Assembly (NCBI GenBank): GCA_025786725.1
Contig: JAHLTZ010000007.1
Span: forward strand, 758,625-822,624
Direction of reading: 5' to 3'
DNA: 64,000 nucleotides
Source of the DNA: Syncephalis fuscata S228
Lineage: Eukaryota; Fungi; Zoopagomycota
Shown here: positions 1-12,956 of the stretch, piece by piece
How the letters are laid out: each line of letters begins with the position of its first letter
How positions within the stretch are numbered: position 1 is the stretch's first letter
Position numbers and translations under genes: made by a program
The notes under the pieces: model-generated
The model's input: only the letters and a program-made list of their open reading frames with translations
Told to the model about the DNA's origin: nothing
The model's database searches: none

Positions 1-271
1 GTACATACAGAACGTTATCTTATTGATGTAAGACTATTTATCTACATTAATTGATTTTCACTAACAATTATTATTATTATTATTATATTATTATTATTAT
101 TATTATTAGGGAAAAGAAGTGGCTAAACTGTTTAATATACGTCCTGGACCACAGATTAAAGAATTACTTGAAAAGTATGTAATGCCATGGCAGTTGGCTC
201 ATCCACAAGGAACAACCGATGAGTGTCGACACTATTTACAGTCGATTCAAACAAATGCTGCCGATAAATAA
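1..271 (+). CDS. CCA1: 3' end of CCA tRNA nucleotidyltransferase (partial, runs off the window)
   Basis: Splicing intron 28-109 (GTAAG..CTAAC..TAG) gives ..ERYLID|GKEVAKLFNIRPGPQIKELLEKYVMPWQLAHP..*, resembling the LDGxxxxxxLxxxPGPxxxxxLxxxxxWQL C-terminus of fungal CCA-adding enzymes; TAA at 269-271. Confidence 0.65.
68..107. repeat. (TTA)n microsatellite between intron branch point and acceptor
   Basis: Directly visible imperfect TTA run. Confidence 0.9.
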
Positions 272-300
272 TTGTTAATAAATTATGTGATTTATTATAG

Positions 301-2387
301 CTATTGTACATGTTTATTGCGTATTTGCTGTATTTTATGATACCAAGTATCAAGGTGTAAAAGCATTTGGTGTGGTAGTTTATCTCGTTTTGTATCCAAT
401 TGGTGGTAAACTTGCTCAAAATGAGTCCAAGCTGATTCACGACATAGACCATTCATCAAAATTACTGATATATGATGGGCCAGTTTTGCATAATAAGGAA
501 CGAGCTCTTCCCAGACAGCAATAGCCTCGGAAAATGCCTTCATTCTTAGTAGGCCTTTTAATAATGTTTCAATTACTGTACCGCTAGGGCGAATATGTTC
601 CTTTTCACGGTAGGTACGGTATATACGCAAACAAGTAGCCTTATCGCCAACTGCTGCAAATACACGTATTGCCGCTGCTATAACAATCCAGTTAGGCCGT
701 TGTTGGTTAGTTTGCAGCGAATGCCATAGTGTATAAGCAAGCGAACCATCATTCAATAAATAGGCCGCATGAAATAGATTCGAATAAATATGCTGATTAA
801 GAACGAGACCTGATCGTTTTAAGTCAGTATTGTAGAAAGTAACAGCATCAAGCGGATGTCCACTGTTAATCAGTCGAGTTAGTAATACACCAAATGTTGC
901 AATGTGGGTATGGCGTGCATTCGACGGAATCGTGATAGAATTTGCCGTGCTTCTATCAAATCGATGGGTCGTCGTTGTCGAGCACAAAGTGTATTAAGCG
1001 TTGCCATATCTGGCATAACATCTGGTGGTAAGGATCGCATTGCTACGTGCAATTCCTTAAGCATAGCCTCGTTGCCCGTGTCAATCATTGTAGCCATTAA
1101 ATGACTGAATCCTGGGTGGACCTTTCTCACCTTGGCCGATGATGACCATACATCCTTATTTAGTAGCAAATCTACAGCTCGATTACTAAGGCCATGCTGT
1201 GTATAACCGCGAATCATTTCGAGATAAGTGATTGTATCGGTGCCTAGATAGCCAGTGCCGCGCATTTGTTGGAATAGATGTTCTGCTTGTTTCATATCGC
1301 CCATTGCTACTAATCCACGCAAGCGAATATTGCATAACTTCACCGAATGACACACCTTATGCTTAAATGACAGATTCCATAGCTTATCTGCCGCTAAATA
1401 CCACCGTTGCTGGATTAGGCCCTGTAACAAAGCACCAAATGGCACTGGACTCGCTGGAATACTCTTTCTATCGATATAACGCAAATAATGATAGAATATA
1501 CGAGCAGCTCCCCGTACATCTATTGCATTTACACTGGCATGAATAAAAATGGCATAGCTATAATCAGTCGGCTCAAGTCCCGCAGAAATAGCCTGATTGA
1601 ATAATTGGCGTGTTTGTTCCAAGTCTCCTAGCTTTGCACATCGATGCATTAGCCGGTTGTACGTTTGCATATCTGGTAATTGACCAAATGCCGCCATTTT
1701 CTCCACAAACTGACCAACTTCTTCGCTATGTCCCAATCGTATATGAGCAAGTAGAGCAAGATTCCATACAGCTATTGGCAATGCCGTAAAATTAATCTGT
1801 AACTGTTCAAATGTTGCCAATAGATTTGTATAGTCATTAAGTGCGCGATACGCATTCATAGCATCCCTCCAGGTGATAACATCCAGTGAATGACCGCATT
1901 TCTCCATATCTTTGACAATTGTTAATATCCAACGAGCCGACGTTTCATCTACATGACGTAATAAAAGCTGTCGAAATACGTAAAAATCTGCTATACTCAA
2001 ATTCACAATGCCCAAAGCCTCTTTTGATTTTAAATAGCTGTAATGGCGCCATAAACGCGTCTGTAGCTCGTTGGTCAGCCGAGGACGTAACGACGGAAAG
2101 GCGGATCGATTTTTCGACGATATATTCGGAATATTTAAAGACCATAGCAATGAGCGAAACTGCGCTAATGATATGGCCAATTTATCCGTCCCTAAAGGCG
2201 ATACTGCATCGACAGCTTCTTTTGTTAGCGTTGTTATTGTTGGACACGATCGAGATTGCGTAGACATCCCATAGGCTATCAAACTTGAACCATGCGGTAA
2301 TAGTCGTGGCCGAGTCTTTAAACGTAATGGTGTTGTAATCAAGTCCGAACGTAGAAACCACGACCGGAAGCGTATCCACAGTGGCAT
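301..2387 (-). CDS. Pentatricopeptide-repeat (PPR) protein, probably mitochondrial; one frameshift near 905
   Basis: Repeated PPR motifs (PDMQTYNRLMHRCAKLGDLEQTRQLF, PTDYSYAIFIHA, DTITYLEMIRGYTQHG) across ORFs 879-2480 and 301-987. The ORFs join as ..HAIP[x]IATFGVLL with one missing base. Arg-rich N-terminus from ATG 2387. Confidence 0.85.
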
Positions 2388-2596
2388 TCCCTTCCATGCA
2401 TTCCACGTATGCAAGAGGGATTCTAGATAGTGTACACGCTGCAATAACAACAACAACAACGATCCTTCGTAACAAATCAAACAACCAAGGTGTTGTTATA
2501 TTCGTGGAAAAAAGAAAGAAGAAAGAATCTGTTGAAAAAGAAACATTAATATGCGCGTGTCTTTTTACTTGCCTATCGTTTCTCTGCTCCGTCATC

Positions 2597-4008
2597 ATGT
2601 CACTACAAGATATCGTTGTTGGCGAGACACCGCCACAACAAAGGCAATTACATGAACAACATACACAACATCAGTACTGGCTATTCTCGCCAGAGGAATT
2701 GGATTTAATGCGTACTAAGCATAACGAACGTGCCCATCAACGTATATTAGCCAATTGGCAACAAGAATGGGTAAGTACAGTCAAACACAAGCAGTTGTTT
2801 ATTCACAAGTCATAGGCACTCTTAGAAAAACAAATGTCAGAAGATTTTGCTCTTTTAAACGTAGCAGAAGAACTGACGCTATGTAATTACTTTGAGCAAA
2901 CTGTTCAATTAGCCTGCCGTCGCTTTAAGTTTCCTGATAGCGTATTGGTAAGTTGAGCGTGTTGGCTGGTCTCAATAATCTATATGGTCAACTTATTTGT
3001 TTATACTTTGTAGGCAACGGCTGTCATCTATATGAAACGCTTTTATTTATTTAATACGGTAATGGACTATCTGCCCAACGATATTATGTAAATGTCAATG
3101 ATGCATTTAATGGCATGCAATAATAACAACTTCTATCATCCGTACTTTTAGGTTGACGTGTTTATATCTTGCCAGTAAAACTGAAGGATTTTTCCTTTCT
3201 ATCAACGATTTTGTAGGCAAATTCAAAAAGGTAACCGCACAAAGTGTTACCGACATGGAAATGATTGTATGTGAAAGCTTGAAATTCCATTTTACCATTC
3301 ATCAGCCATATCGACCACTGTATGGGTTCTTCCTCGATCTACAAGTGAGTTGTCGTGTGTGTTGATAAATCTCTAGAATAGTAACTAACACGTCGATTAT
3401 TGTTTAATAGAGAATGGGCGGTCTTTCTATGGACATACTAAGAACGACGTATGACCATGCAATAAAATGGGTGTCTACCTCTCTCTTTACCGATGTATGT
3501 TTACTTTATCAGCCATCGCAAGTGGCACTGGCTGCATGGCGTTTGGCAGCAAATGAAACCGGACTTGATATCACTCGGTAAGTTTAACATAGCTTTATAA
3601 ATGAATAGAGTGATAAACGATAAGCTATAGATATCTGACTGGATTGCCATCGGCTATTGATCAGATAGACCCTCTTGCATTAGAGCAATTGATGGCTACA
3701 CTAGATAGCATTACTAGTATTCTGCGCAACTACACGCCCATTACACGCCAACAAGTAGAGTCTATTGATCGGCGATTGAGAGATTGCCGCAATCCGGCTC
3801 TTAATCCACTCTGTGCTCTGTAAGTTGCCACTGGTAGATTGATTAATAATCGGTTATCTAGAAAAGCTATTGTTGCATTACTAATATTGATTTATTTAGT
3901 TATAAACAACAAGAAGCGGAAGCGGAGAAGGTAACAAACGAGCATAAACGACAAAAGAGAGCGGCAACTGCCTCTAATCAGGATGCAGATGCTTCAGTGT
4001 TTTCTTGA
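2597..4008 (+). CDS. CCL1: Cyclin H (TFIIH/CAK cyclin, Ccl1/Mcs2), multi-exon
   Basis: Motifs TQHQYWLFSPEEL, ATAVIYMKRFYL, LTCLYLASKTE and LKFHFTIHQPYRPLYGFFLDLQ; GT-AG introns; TGA at 4006-4008. Confidence 0.9.
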
Positions 4009-4081
4009 GCCAGTATTAGCGACATCATATAATAAAAATTGATTTTTTGTACCAAATAATAAAAGTATGTCACGGCTATTT

Positions 4082-4498
4082 CTACTCTGTAGCATTGCTT
4101 AATGCTTCTAACTGGGCGTGCAACTTGTTTTGAAAACTAAATCGATAGCCAGCACTAATAGTAGATAATAAACTGTCCATAGATTCAAATAGTTCGTTTA
4201 CAAATTTATGGCTAGCAGTATCATTGTCGTTTTTTGTATTCCAAGCGCTTACTATCTATTTATAGTATAATTGTTTAATAGCTTGTTTATCCATACGTGT
4301 CAAGCTTACCTTATAGCCACGATCCGATAATGCCATTACCAAGCAAGTATCTTCAATGGTTGTAAACTGAATGAATGACTGTTTATGAGGGCCATACTCT
4401 TCTTGGCTATTGTTTGCTATAGTAAATTCGCCTTGAATTCCGTGGCCATATTCTGTCTGAAGCACACCAAGCTCTTCTTCAATAGCCTTGGGTAGCAT
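4082..4498 (-). CDS. GSKIP: GSKIP (GSK3-beta interaction protein, DUF727) domain protein, 2 exons
   Basis: FTTIEDTCLVMALSDRGYK|IVS..FESMDSLLSTISAGYRFSFQNKLHAQLEAL matches the DUF727 pattern (TxE..G, ExxxxLLxxxSxxYxxxFxxxLxxxL). Confidence 0.75.
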
Positions 4499-5772
4499 TG
4501 CGGTTCAGTCAGTGAGAACAGTCAAGTGCAGTGTAAAGTGGAATGAAAAGAATAGTTGTTTATAACCATTGATCTGCAGAGTATTGTGTATTCATAGCAA
4601 ATTATATTAATTATAATAAAACAGTTGGACAATGTAACTGTGTATTTATGGCAATGTTCCTATCATTAATTGGATTCAAATGACAAAATATTGGTTTATA
4701 TGTTTACTAATATCAAAGTTCTTATTTAAGCTAAGCTCATTTATAAATATTTTTATAAAAAAACTATATTTGTAAAAGCGATTATATTGCTTAAGATGTT
4801 GTGGTAAATTCGTTTGGCTTACCTTTTCATTTCAGATTGATTTGGCAATAATATAAACAGATTTACTTGCCACGTCATGTAGCTTTCAAACTATTCAATA
4901 TTATTCAATTTAGCTATTTCAGTCATAGCAGCAAGCAATAAGCCAAGTAGAATTATAGTTTTATTTGCATAGCGTTACAATTCTAATTAAAGCAATGCAA
5001 TTTTATTGCTATTGAATAATACTAGCATTATAAAATAAGCGTAACTAATAATAAATCTTGAATGCTTTGCATTATATATCATCAACACAACATATCATAT
5101 CATTTAAGTGTTAATAGGTTTCTAATCAACATGTAATTACTTTTCGTATCTTTTTAATATTTGTTTATTGTTGGAATTACCGCTGATATCCAATACATAT
5201 ACTATTGCTTTCTGTTCACACGTAATATCAACAGGTTTGTCTAGTCATATAATATATCTATTGTATACATTGTCATAATACGATCATCGTAAAAATGTTA
5301 GTTTTTTTACCAATCATGGCTTATATAACTGAAATATAGCAAAATGATTGCTGGATTCGAGGTCTCCATGTTTAGTTATGCAGATTGGCATAAAATATAA
5401 ACAATGATTTTTGCAAAAAAGTTGACTAAAAATATATTTGTTTAATTGAAATAAAACTGAGCGATGACTGACGTCAGCTATCAAAATCTCATTATAATAA
5501 ATTTATTATTCTGTACGCATAACCATCCACTTATTTATATCATTTTTACAGTGCTGTATTATTACTATTTACACTGTCTTTATTTCTAGCTTTCTTTATG
5601 CATATTAAATAATTACTTTTTATTATCTATTCATTTGTTTTAATCAAAGCTAAGAAAGTTTTTAAATTTATACCAAAATAATTTTAAATTAGCCATTGCT
5701 GCGGATAAAGCGTGAAAAATGAATTTGGCTTTAAAGCTGGATTTCAACTATAAAGAAATGGATATTGCCAAA

Positions 5773-6868
5773 TCACGAGATATTAGATTCAGAAGAGTTT
5801 GCAGTTTTTACACTAGTAAGACTAGCCGTGGTGGCCATTTTAGTTTTTTTAGTGTTAGCATGATGTTGATAAGCACTAGGCTGTCCCGTTTGCACAGGTT
5901 GTCCTGTGTACATATGATGCACGAGCACTGGGTTAGGATTATATACCATATTCATTGTTTGTTGACTGCAGGCAGCATCGGGTATTATAACAGGTATAAT
6001 GAGGATAACATTAGGAACTTCATCGAATCTTGTTAATGCCTTGCGTGTATAAATACCAATACTCAAAACAAGAATATTAAAAACATGGCTAACTTTATCG
6101 GAGTCAAGAACATAGGATAGGTCAGGTGCAAATATTAAAATGCAATGAGCTGCTAATACAAGTAGTTGTCTACACTTAAAGCCTAATCCTGAATGGCTGC
6201 TATGTTTGCTTTGAACATACTGCCAAACAAACAAACCAGCTGAGAGAAGGTTAATCGCTAAGCTTATGCCATAACCAAGACGCGCCAGAGTGGCTGCTGT
6301 TTTATAAGCTGATGGAGTAGGACGGTTATAAAAAAGGATTGAACTACCAATCACCAAAGCAGTGCCAATGCTATAGATAATCATTCCAATAACACCAAAT
6401 CGATGAATTACTTGAGCTTGTTGGGTAATTGTCTTGCTCATAGACCAACTCTTGTTGCACAAATTTAGTTAGTTACATGTTATTATATTATTGGTACAAT
6501 GTTAAGTGGATGTGTGATAATTAATAAAGCAGAAACGGAAAGATAACTTACCATACTAGCACCAAGTTTGCAATAATAAGTTAATCATCCAGCCGGAAAA
6601 AACAAGCACTGGTGCTGAATAAAGTAGGAGCTACAATTAAAACTATATGCCCCATCAATGCTCATTCCAAAACTAATTATGGCAACCAATGTGGCACTAA
6701 TTAGATACAATGGTATTTAGTGTTTGTCTAAATGTAACGCCAAAAATGGAGACAACCAATGCCAAAAAGTAGAATTGCAACTGCAGTTTTTCAATGGATC
6801 AGTTCCAGGTAATAAGGATTGCTTTTAATCCACATGATCAAAGGAGTCAGAGTGAAATTATCTGACAT
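5773..6868 (-). pseudogene. Multi-pass membrane protein (loosely RTA1-like) with a disrupted 5' exon; pseudogene or error-ridden gene
   Basis: The 3' exon ORF 5773-6462 has several hydrophobic helices. The upstream exon from ATG 6868 to a GTAAGT donor near 6551 is hydrophobic but needs several frame changes. Confidence 0.4.
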
Positions 6869-8723
6869 GATGGTGTAGTTGTTTATAAAATCACGTTATT
6901 TAGTAGAGAGTTTTTAAAGGTGCGTAATACTATATGAGCTAGTAGCTGTAATAGCAATTTGCGTCCAAAATAAAAGAGAGCAACTAACTATTATCTATCA
7001 AAAAATAGAGTTGCACTTGATAATAGAGGAAAGTATCAGGTTAGTAAAAATGATTTATGAATAGAGATTGGGATAAAGACTGCTCGTCGGTTTAAGCTTT
7101 TACAGCATCAAGCTTTTAGCATATTTGCTTTAGTTTGAGCCATAAACGCCAAAAAATAACATCCAAAGAAACAGGATAGTAAGCTGGCATGTACCCAGTT
7201 CAATGAACAATGCGCCTGGGACACGCACATGCCATACATTGTATACCTGTATTTTGTCACTATATTGTGTAACGTATTTTATTATTAGCTTATGTTTCAT
7301 AGATGTGCAATGCAACAGACATCGCCCCTAGGCTTAAACCCATTCTAACCATAATCTATCCACGTGTATTTGTTAAACGACAATGTTCATCGTCTTCGTA
7401 CTTACATTACTAGCCCTCATTTTTACTTGCTTTGCTAATAGCTAAATGCAAGATTAATTCATGTCATTCAATATAAGGTAGTTTAAAATAGTTTATTTAT
7501 ACCAGTTGAATACAACAAAAATGAAACAAAAATAATGGCTTGAATATTACATGCATACTGTTACAATTCAAGACAAAGAACTTGTGTAATCTAGAGCAAT
7601 TTTTGAATGGTAAAGACAAACAGGCTATAGAACATGGGAGCCAGCATTTTTGTGAAAACATTATTGCAAGATGAAACACAAAGGCTAACAACGTCAAAAT
7701 AATCAACACATGTTCATCTTTTGCGTTTAAAACGTAGTATCGCATTAATTGTGCTTGTATTACAAACCAACTTACGTTTAAGCAAACCTTCAATGTTATG
7801 AGCTCGGGGAACTAACAATGATGCATATTCAAAATGGTCAATGTGACAATATACCAATCATTTATAATTATACCAGATAAGACATGTTTAAGAAATCTAG
7901 TATAGACCAACCTTTTACTTTATTGATAGCATTTAATCTGAGTGCTAGTTTTAGCTATACCGGGTTTGATAGGTTAGATACATCATTACACCATCAAATT
8001 TGTTTCGTAGTTAATTGTCAATTGCTTCGATTTAGTAACATTGACCAACAATTATTATACTGATATAGCAGTTGTAGTTATTTTGATATTTATCAAACAT
8101 TGTTTCATCTGACGATAACTCTTGAAGTATGCTGTCAAGCAATTTATTAACTAGCACTATAATAATGTTATCAATATCCCTACTTGCTTCTAGGATACTG
8201 TAAATATGTTTTGTTATGTGCATATTCTATCAACTGCTAAAAGTGTACAATACCTTTTATGCACACTTTAATTTCAGCACCACTATTCATACTTTTCATA
8301 TTATACATTCAGTATACTGTATGTTATTCTATTGTCTATTATTAGTTTATACTCAAAATCGCTGCTCGTTTAACGCTAGCGCTACTTGTTAAAACTTCAA
8401 ATTATTCGGTCATTGTACTGTCATGTACACTATAGCTTTATTGTTGATATTCATGTGCTTTCACTTACGGCTTTTATATTATTTTATGCTTTGTTAGTTG
8501 CATACTGTTAATAAAAAGAAAAATCTTTTGAAATATTAATAATAATAATTTCTAAATAAATTGTTATGTTAGAATACGATTATCACTAGAGATTTGATCC
8601 ATTGTAGATTGTACATTTGATTCTATGTTATTTTGTTTTAATTTCTATTAATACTGGTACCACTATTGTGACATTCAAATGGAAGCATGTAAATACTATT
8701 TGTTTATTAGCTATCTAATAAAC

Positions 8724-11700
8724 TTATGCTTCATAATATGAGTCGAGATGTGCCTGTCTTCCACCCATGACGCCATACAACTCGCGCAAGCATGTACCGA
8801 CACCTTCTAGCTCGTGGACTAAATCGCCCATCGCCAGCACATAGGCAAAATAAAGCACAAATCGTTCGTCTTCAATACGCCAATGATCTATGCTATTTTC
8901 TAGTTCTAGTGCCGTGGCTTTACTAGAGCTTGCCTGCGCATCATTGACTGTGTTGCCATTATAAGCGCTTGGCATGGTGACAGTGGCCCGCATCTCAGGT
9001 AGTTTTCGCACTCGAGCAATTAGCGCGTGCCATGTCTCGGCAATTGGCGGTAAATAGGCTGGTACAGGCATTTTTAGCAAAAGAGCTGCAGCCGCCGAGT
9101 ACATATATAGCTCGATGGCTCCGTTCATACGCCGACGCTCGGATTGGACTGGTTGCACAAAGTCTTTTCGGACTTTTTGTACCCAATTAACGTCTGTGAT
9201 CGCCATTCGTAGAGTCAACATACGATCGATCAGTGCTTGACAATGGCCTAACATTCGACCGTAGGCATCAATGGGAAATGGTCCTTTAAGACGAGGTTCA
9301 TTTCGCGTCAGTGCCAATAAATCTTGCAGCCTTAGCAATTTAAGTTGCAATAGCATTTCCAATGCTAAAAACTCTTGATAACTACGTGCCATTCTCTCAG
9401 CCTCGGATAAAGGCTGCGCGAACGCAGTGGTGTCGTTTCTGTAGACACACACTCATCAACGGTTGGTCCCTCTTCAGACCATGATTTGCTGTAAAGCAAT
9501 ATCATTTTGTGATATAACAAATTAAGATTAATAAAGAAATCACATATGCCACGACGTAATTCGGCCCGCGCTTCATATGGCCATACATATCTAGTACTTG
9601 TGTAAATTAATTGTATTAACGAATTGATGAGCTTACATGGTGCCTAGCAGCCCTATGATAACGCCAATCGTCACTGTAATAGCACGAGTCAAGGCAACAT
9701 CTCTAATCTCCAGTTCGTCGTCTTCGTAGACGGCATACTGGCTCATGAGCACCGTAGTAAAAGTCATGCATGAGAACTGGCCCACTCGCGGATAACCAGT
9801 GTGCATTACCAGGTGGAAACACGGTAAGGCAAATAGAAATGCGACACAAGGTAGTATGATACGTGAGCCTGGAAATAGCGTGTAGGCCAGATAAGCTACG
9901 ACGGAGCCAAGTATTGTACCAATTATACGATAAATGGCCACTACATTAGAGCCGCCTACTGTTGGAGTCATAACTACGGCCATCTAATAAATGTGTTACT
10001 ATTTTTTAATCAAAACACAATAATTATCTTACTGAAATAACAGCCCATTCTCCACGGTAGCTTTGATAAGTTTCACGCCAGTTATCCATAAAGGCCGGCG
10101 CGATTAATAGCATAGCAAATAGGGCACTTTTAATGGCATAACGCATTTTAAATTGTTTAAACATATCGCCCGATTTTACCAGTGATAATGAGAATCTTTG
10201 AAATGCAGTCTTTGGTCTTGGTGAGTGTAGTGTATCTTGCATACTTTTAGGATCGAATCGTTGCCAAACTGCTTCTATTTGTGTATCGTCTCCAATGTCC
10301 GGCAGCGATCTTTCTTTATCATCGAGTCAGTAATAAATTTTATTACATGTAAGCATTCAACTTACTTGACCATCCATTTGCCAGACGTTCTTTAAATGCT
10401 GTCCACCAAGTGCGCTGTTTTGACACTTGAAGCTGGTCAAATTGCTCAACAACAATTTTCAATTGATGGGCGAATTTTTGTAAACTAAACAGAAAAAAAT
10501 AAACGGGAAAGGCGCCTTCACTAATGCTGTTATTGTCTTCATTATCCATGACCAAATTATGCGTGCCATCAGCAGCAGAATCGCCTGTATGGCCTATATT
10601 AGCCTTAATACGAGCCCAGGCCCGTTTTCGACCAAATATCGTGTACAATTGACGTAGAGCAATGGATTTCTCTCGGTTAAAATGTACCAGTGCCAAATCC
10701 AAATTACTCAACAAACGGCTGGTATTCGCCGGCGAATTGGTAGTAACTGATCGATGTAGCTGAGTTATGGTACGCTTGCACGTGTAAGAAAGTGCACGCA
10801 TTACTGGGCCGACACCTTCTAAGAAAAGACGCAGTTCGTCTTCGGCAAGACCACTCATCTGAGTAGAAGTTGTAAGGTTATTGCTGCCGTTACTGTCTAC
10901 GGCAATTGGCGTTTTGCCTTTACTTTGATCATTCTCAATATTAACTAGAACTGGCTGTTTTGTTTTTCGCGCTAATGTAGCTACTATCCTTGCTACTTTT
11001 TGTTGGGCCAGCATTTCTCGTTGTACGCCGATACAACTACTTAGACCGCTTACGTGTTGCGTAAGACTATTGAGTGAATCGATTAGAGAAGCGTAGGCCG
11101 GCAAGTGTGGCCATATAGGATCAGCCGGTTCTAATTGAGCCTCATGTAGCGATTTCTTTAACGAGGCAAATGATTGTCGATGTGCAGCTAATGCTGTGGG
11201 TAAAGCAGCCACAGGTGCATTACCATCTAATAAAAATGTTTTTACCAATATTCTTAATAAGCCATTAAATGATTGTAATGTTGATGCAACATCATTGCTA
11301 AATAGTTATGATCAAGTAAGTTACAAATTGCCATAATTGCATTATTATTATTATTACTAACCATAAATCTTTGCTTGCCTTTTGTGTCCAAAGCACATAA
11401 TTGATTATCAAACAGATACTGATGCCGGTAAGAAATGCTTGCTGTGGACCAATAAGTGCATCCCAGTCAATAGTCTTGACGTGGGACTCGTCTGCAATAA
11501 TACGTGCTACTCCCACGTACATTGTCAAGCTAGCAACAGAGCCTGCCGTGTAGACCGAGGGCCGTTTGAGCCATGCCTTGGCCGCGGCAACACCAAATGT
11601 ACCAATACCACCCACGCCTATTACGCCAACCCACTCTGATAGCGTGGTATGCCCGTGTATGTTTAACTGAGTCACAATAGTGCCACCAATGCTGTAACTA

Positions 11701-12956
11701 AACAGCCATAGGCCATACCTATAAGACCGAGTAGTACTGATTCCATCAGTGCACCGCGCGTACGAGATGGATTAAAAAAGAAAACTGATAGTGCAGCCAG
11801 ATGTGTTGATTGTCCGCCAATCCACTCAATGGCACCTCCCAGAAAGTTGCCAACGATGCAATAAAATAAGCAAATGCTGCCTTGAGTGTTCTACGATGTT
11901 TCGGTGGAATTCTGTTATTTATATTCTGAGCCAACGTTGAAATTGGGTTGTAATACCAAGTGGTTATTGGCTGTTCATGATGTTGGATATTGCTACCACG
12001 CGGTGTTGCTTGATACTTTTTAGTTGGAGTAGGTAGCAGTTCTGCCTCTGAAGAGGAAGAAGCATCATCTGATGATGATGAGGATGTGTCTAAGGCCACC
12101 GCTATTTCTTGTTGTAATGATAAAGGTTTAGGTTTTTCAATTCCATCTCTAAATTTGCTAAAGTTTAGCCATGTTAATAATTATAATAATTACTTACTCG
12201 GAATCTGAGAGTGACCGGCTCGTCATACGGCGACGCCGAATAGTGCCATCATCCAATACGACATGAACTACCGGATCTAAATCTCCTTTCCAACCAACCA
12301 GTCCTAAACCAAAAGGATTATTGCTGTGTGATTGCCATTACTATTTGCAGAACTTGCAGAATATTGTCCTGGAGTCATGGGTAAGGGTAGTGGCGGTAAA
12401 TTCCCGCCAGGACTTGAGTGTGACCAAGTTGGTTGATGGTGCATCACATAGCGTTGTAGTCGACGCCAGTTAACAGATCCCATGGACCCCCTTTGGTCTT
12501 TTTTTGATGCCTGCGGCGATAACATTGACCTGCGCCTATTGTTGTCGTTATTTTGAGTTGCTATATTAAAGTAGGACTCTTGGGCGTTTCCATTTCCGCC
12601 TAGATACAATTGAATAGAGCGTTTTCTGCTTTTAGATCGGTTTTGTACAGGCGGTTTTTTATTACTGTCTTCTCCGTCGCTATGAATGTGTGTGGCCAAA
12701 TGATTTTTAAATTGATGAAGTGCTGGGTCATCTGATTCATCGCTCGTTGTTAACGATAAAAAAGATTGGATTGGCACGGATGCCGATAGAACAGTTGGTC
12801 TAACACGCCTCTATTTCCATGGTGGTTACCAGGAATATTAAAAGGCAGTGGTGCTAGTGTTGTGGTGTTTGGAGAGTCGTGTTCGGTTTCAAGTAACTCG
12901 ATAACTTGCCCTGTATCCGAGGAGGGTAAAGTGTAGCATGTGTGCTGCTGGTTCAT
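8724..12956 (-). CDS. FUSC/ArAE_2-family (fusaric acid resistance / ALMT-like) membrane transporter, multi-exon, with frameshifts
   Basis: YAIKSALFAMLL..YRGEWAVIS..VVMTPTVGGSNVVAIYRIIGTILG, YVWPYEARAELRR and LTRNEPRLKGPFPIDAY are hallmark motifs of fungal FUSC_2/ArAE_2 proteins. Confidence 0.85.
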
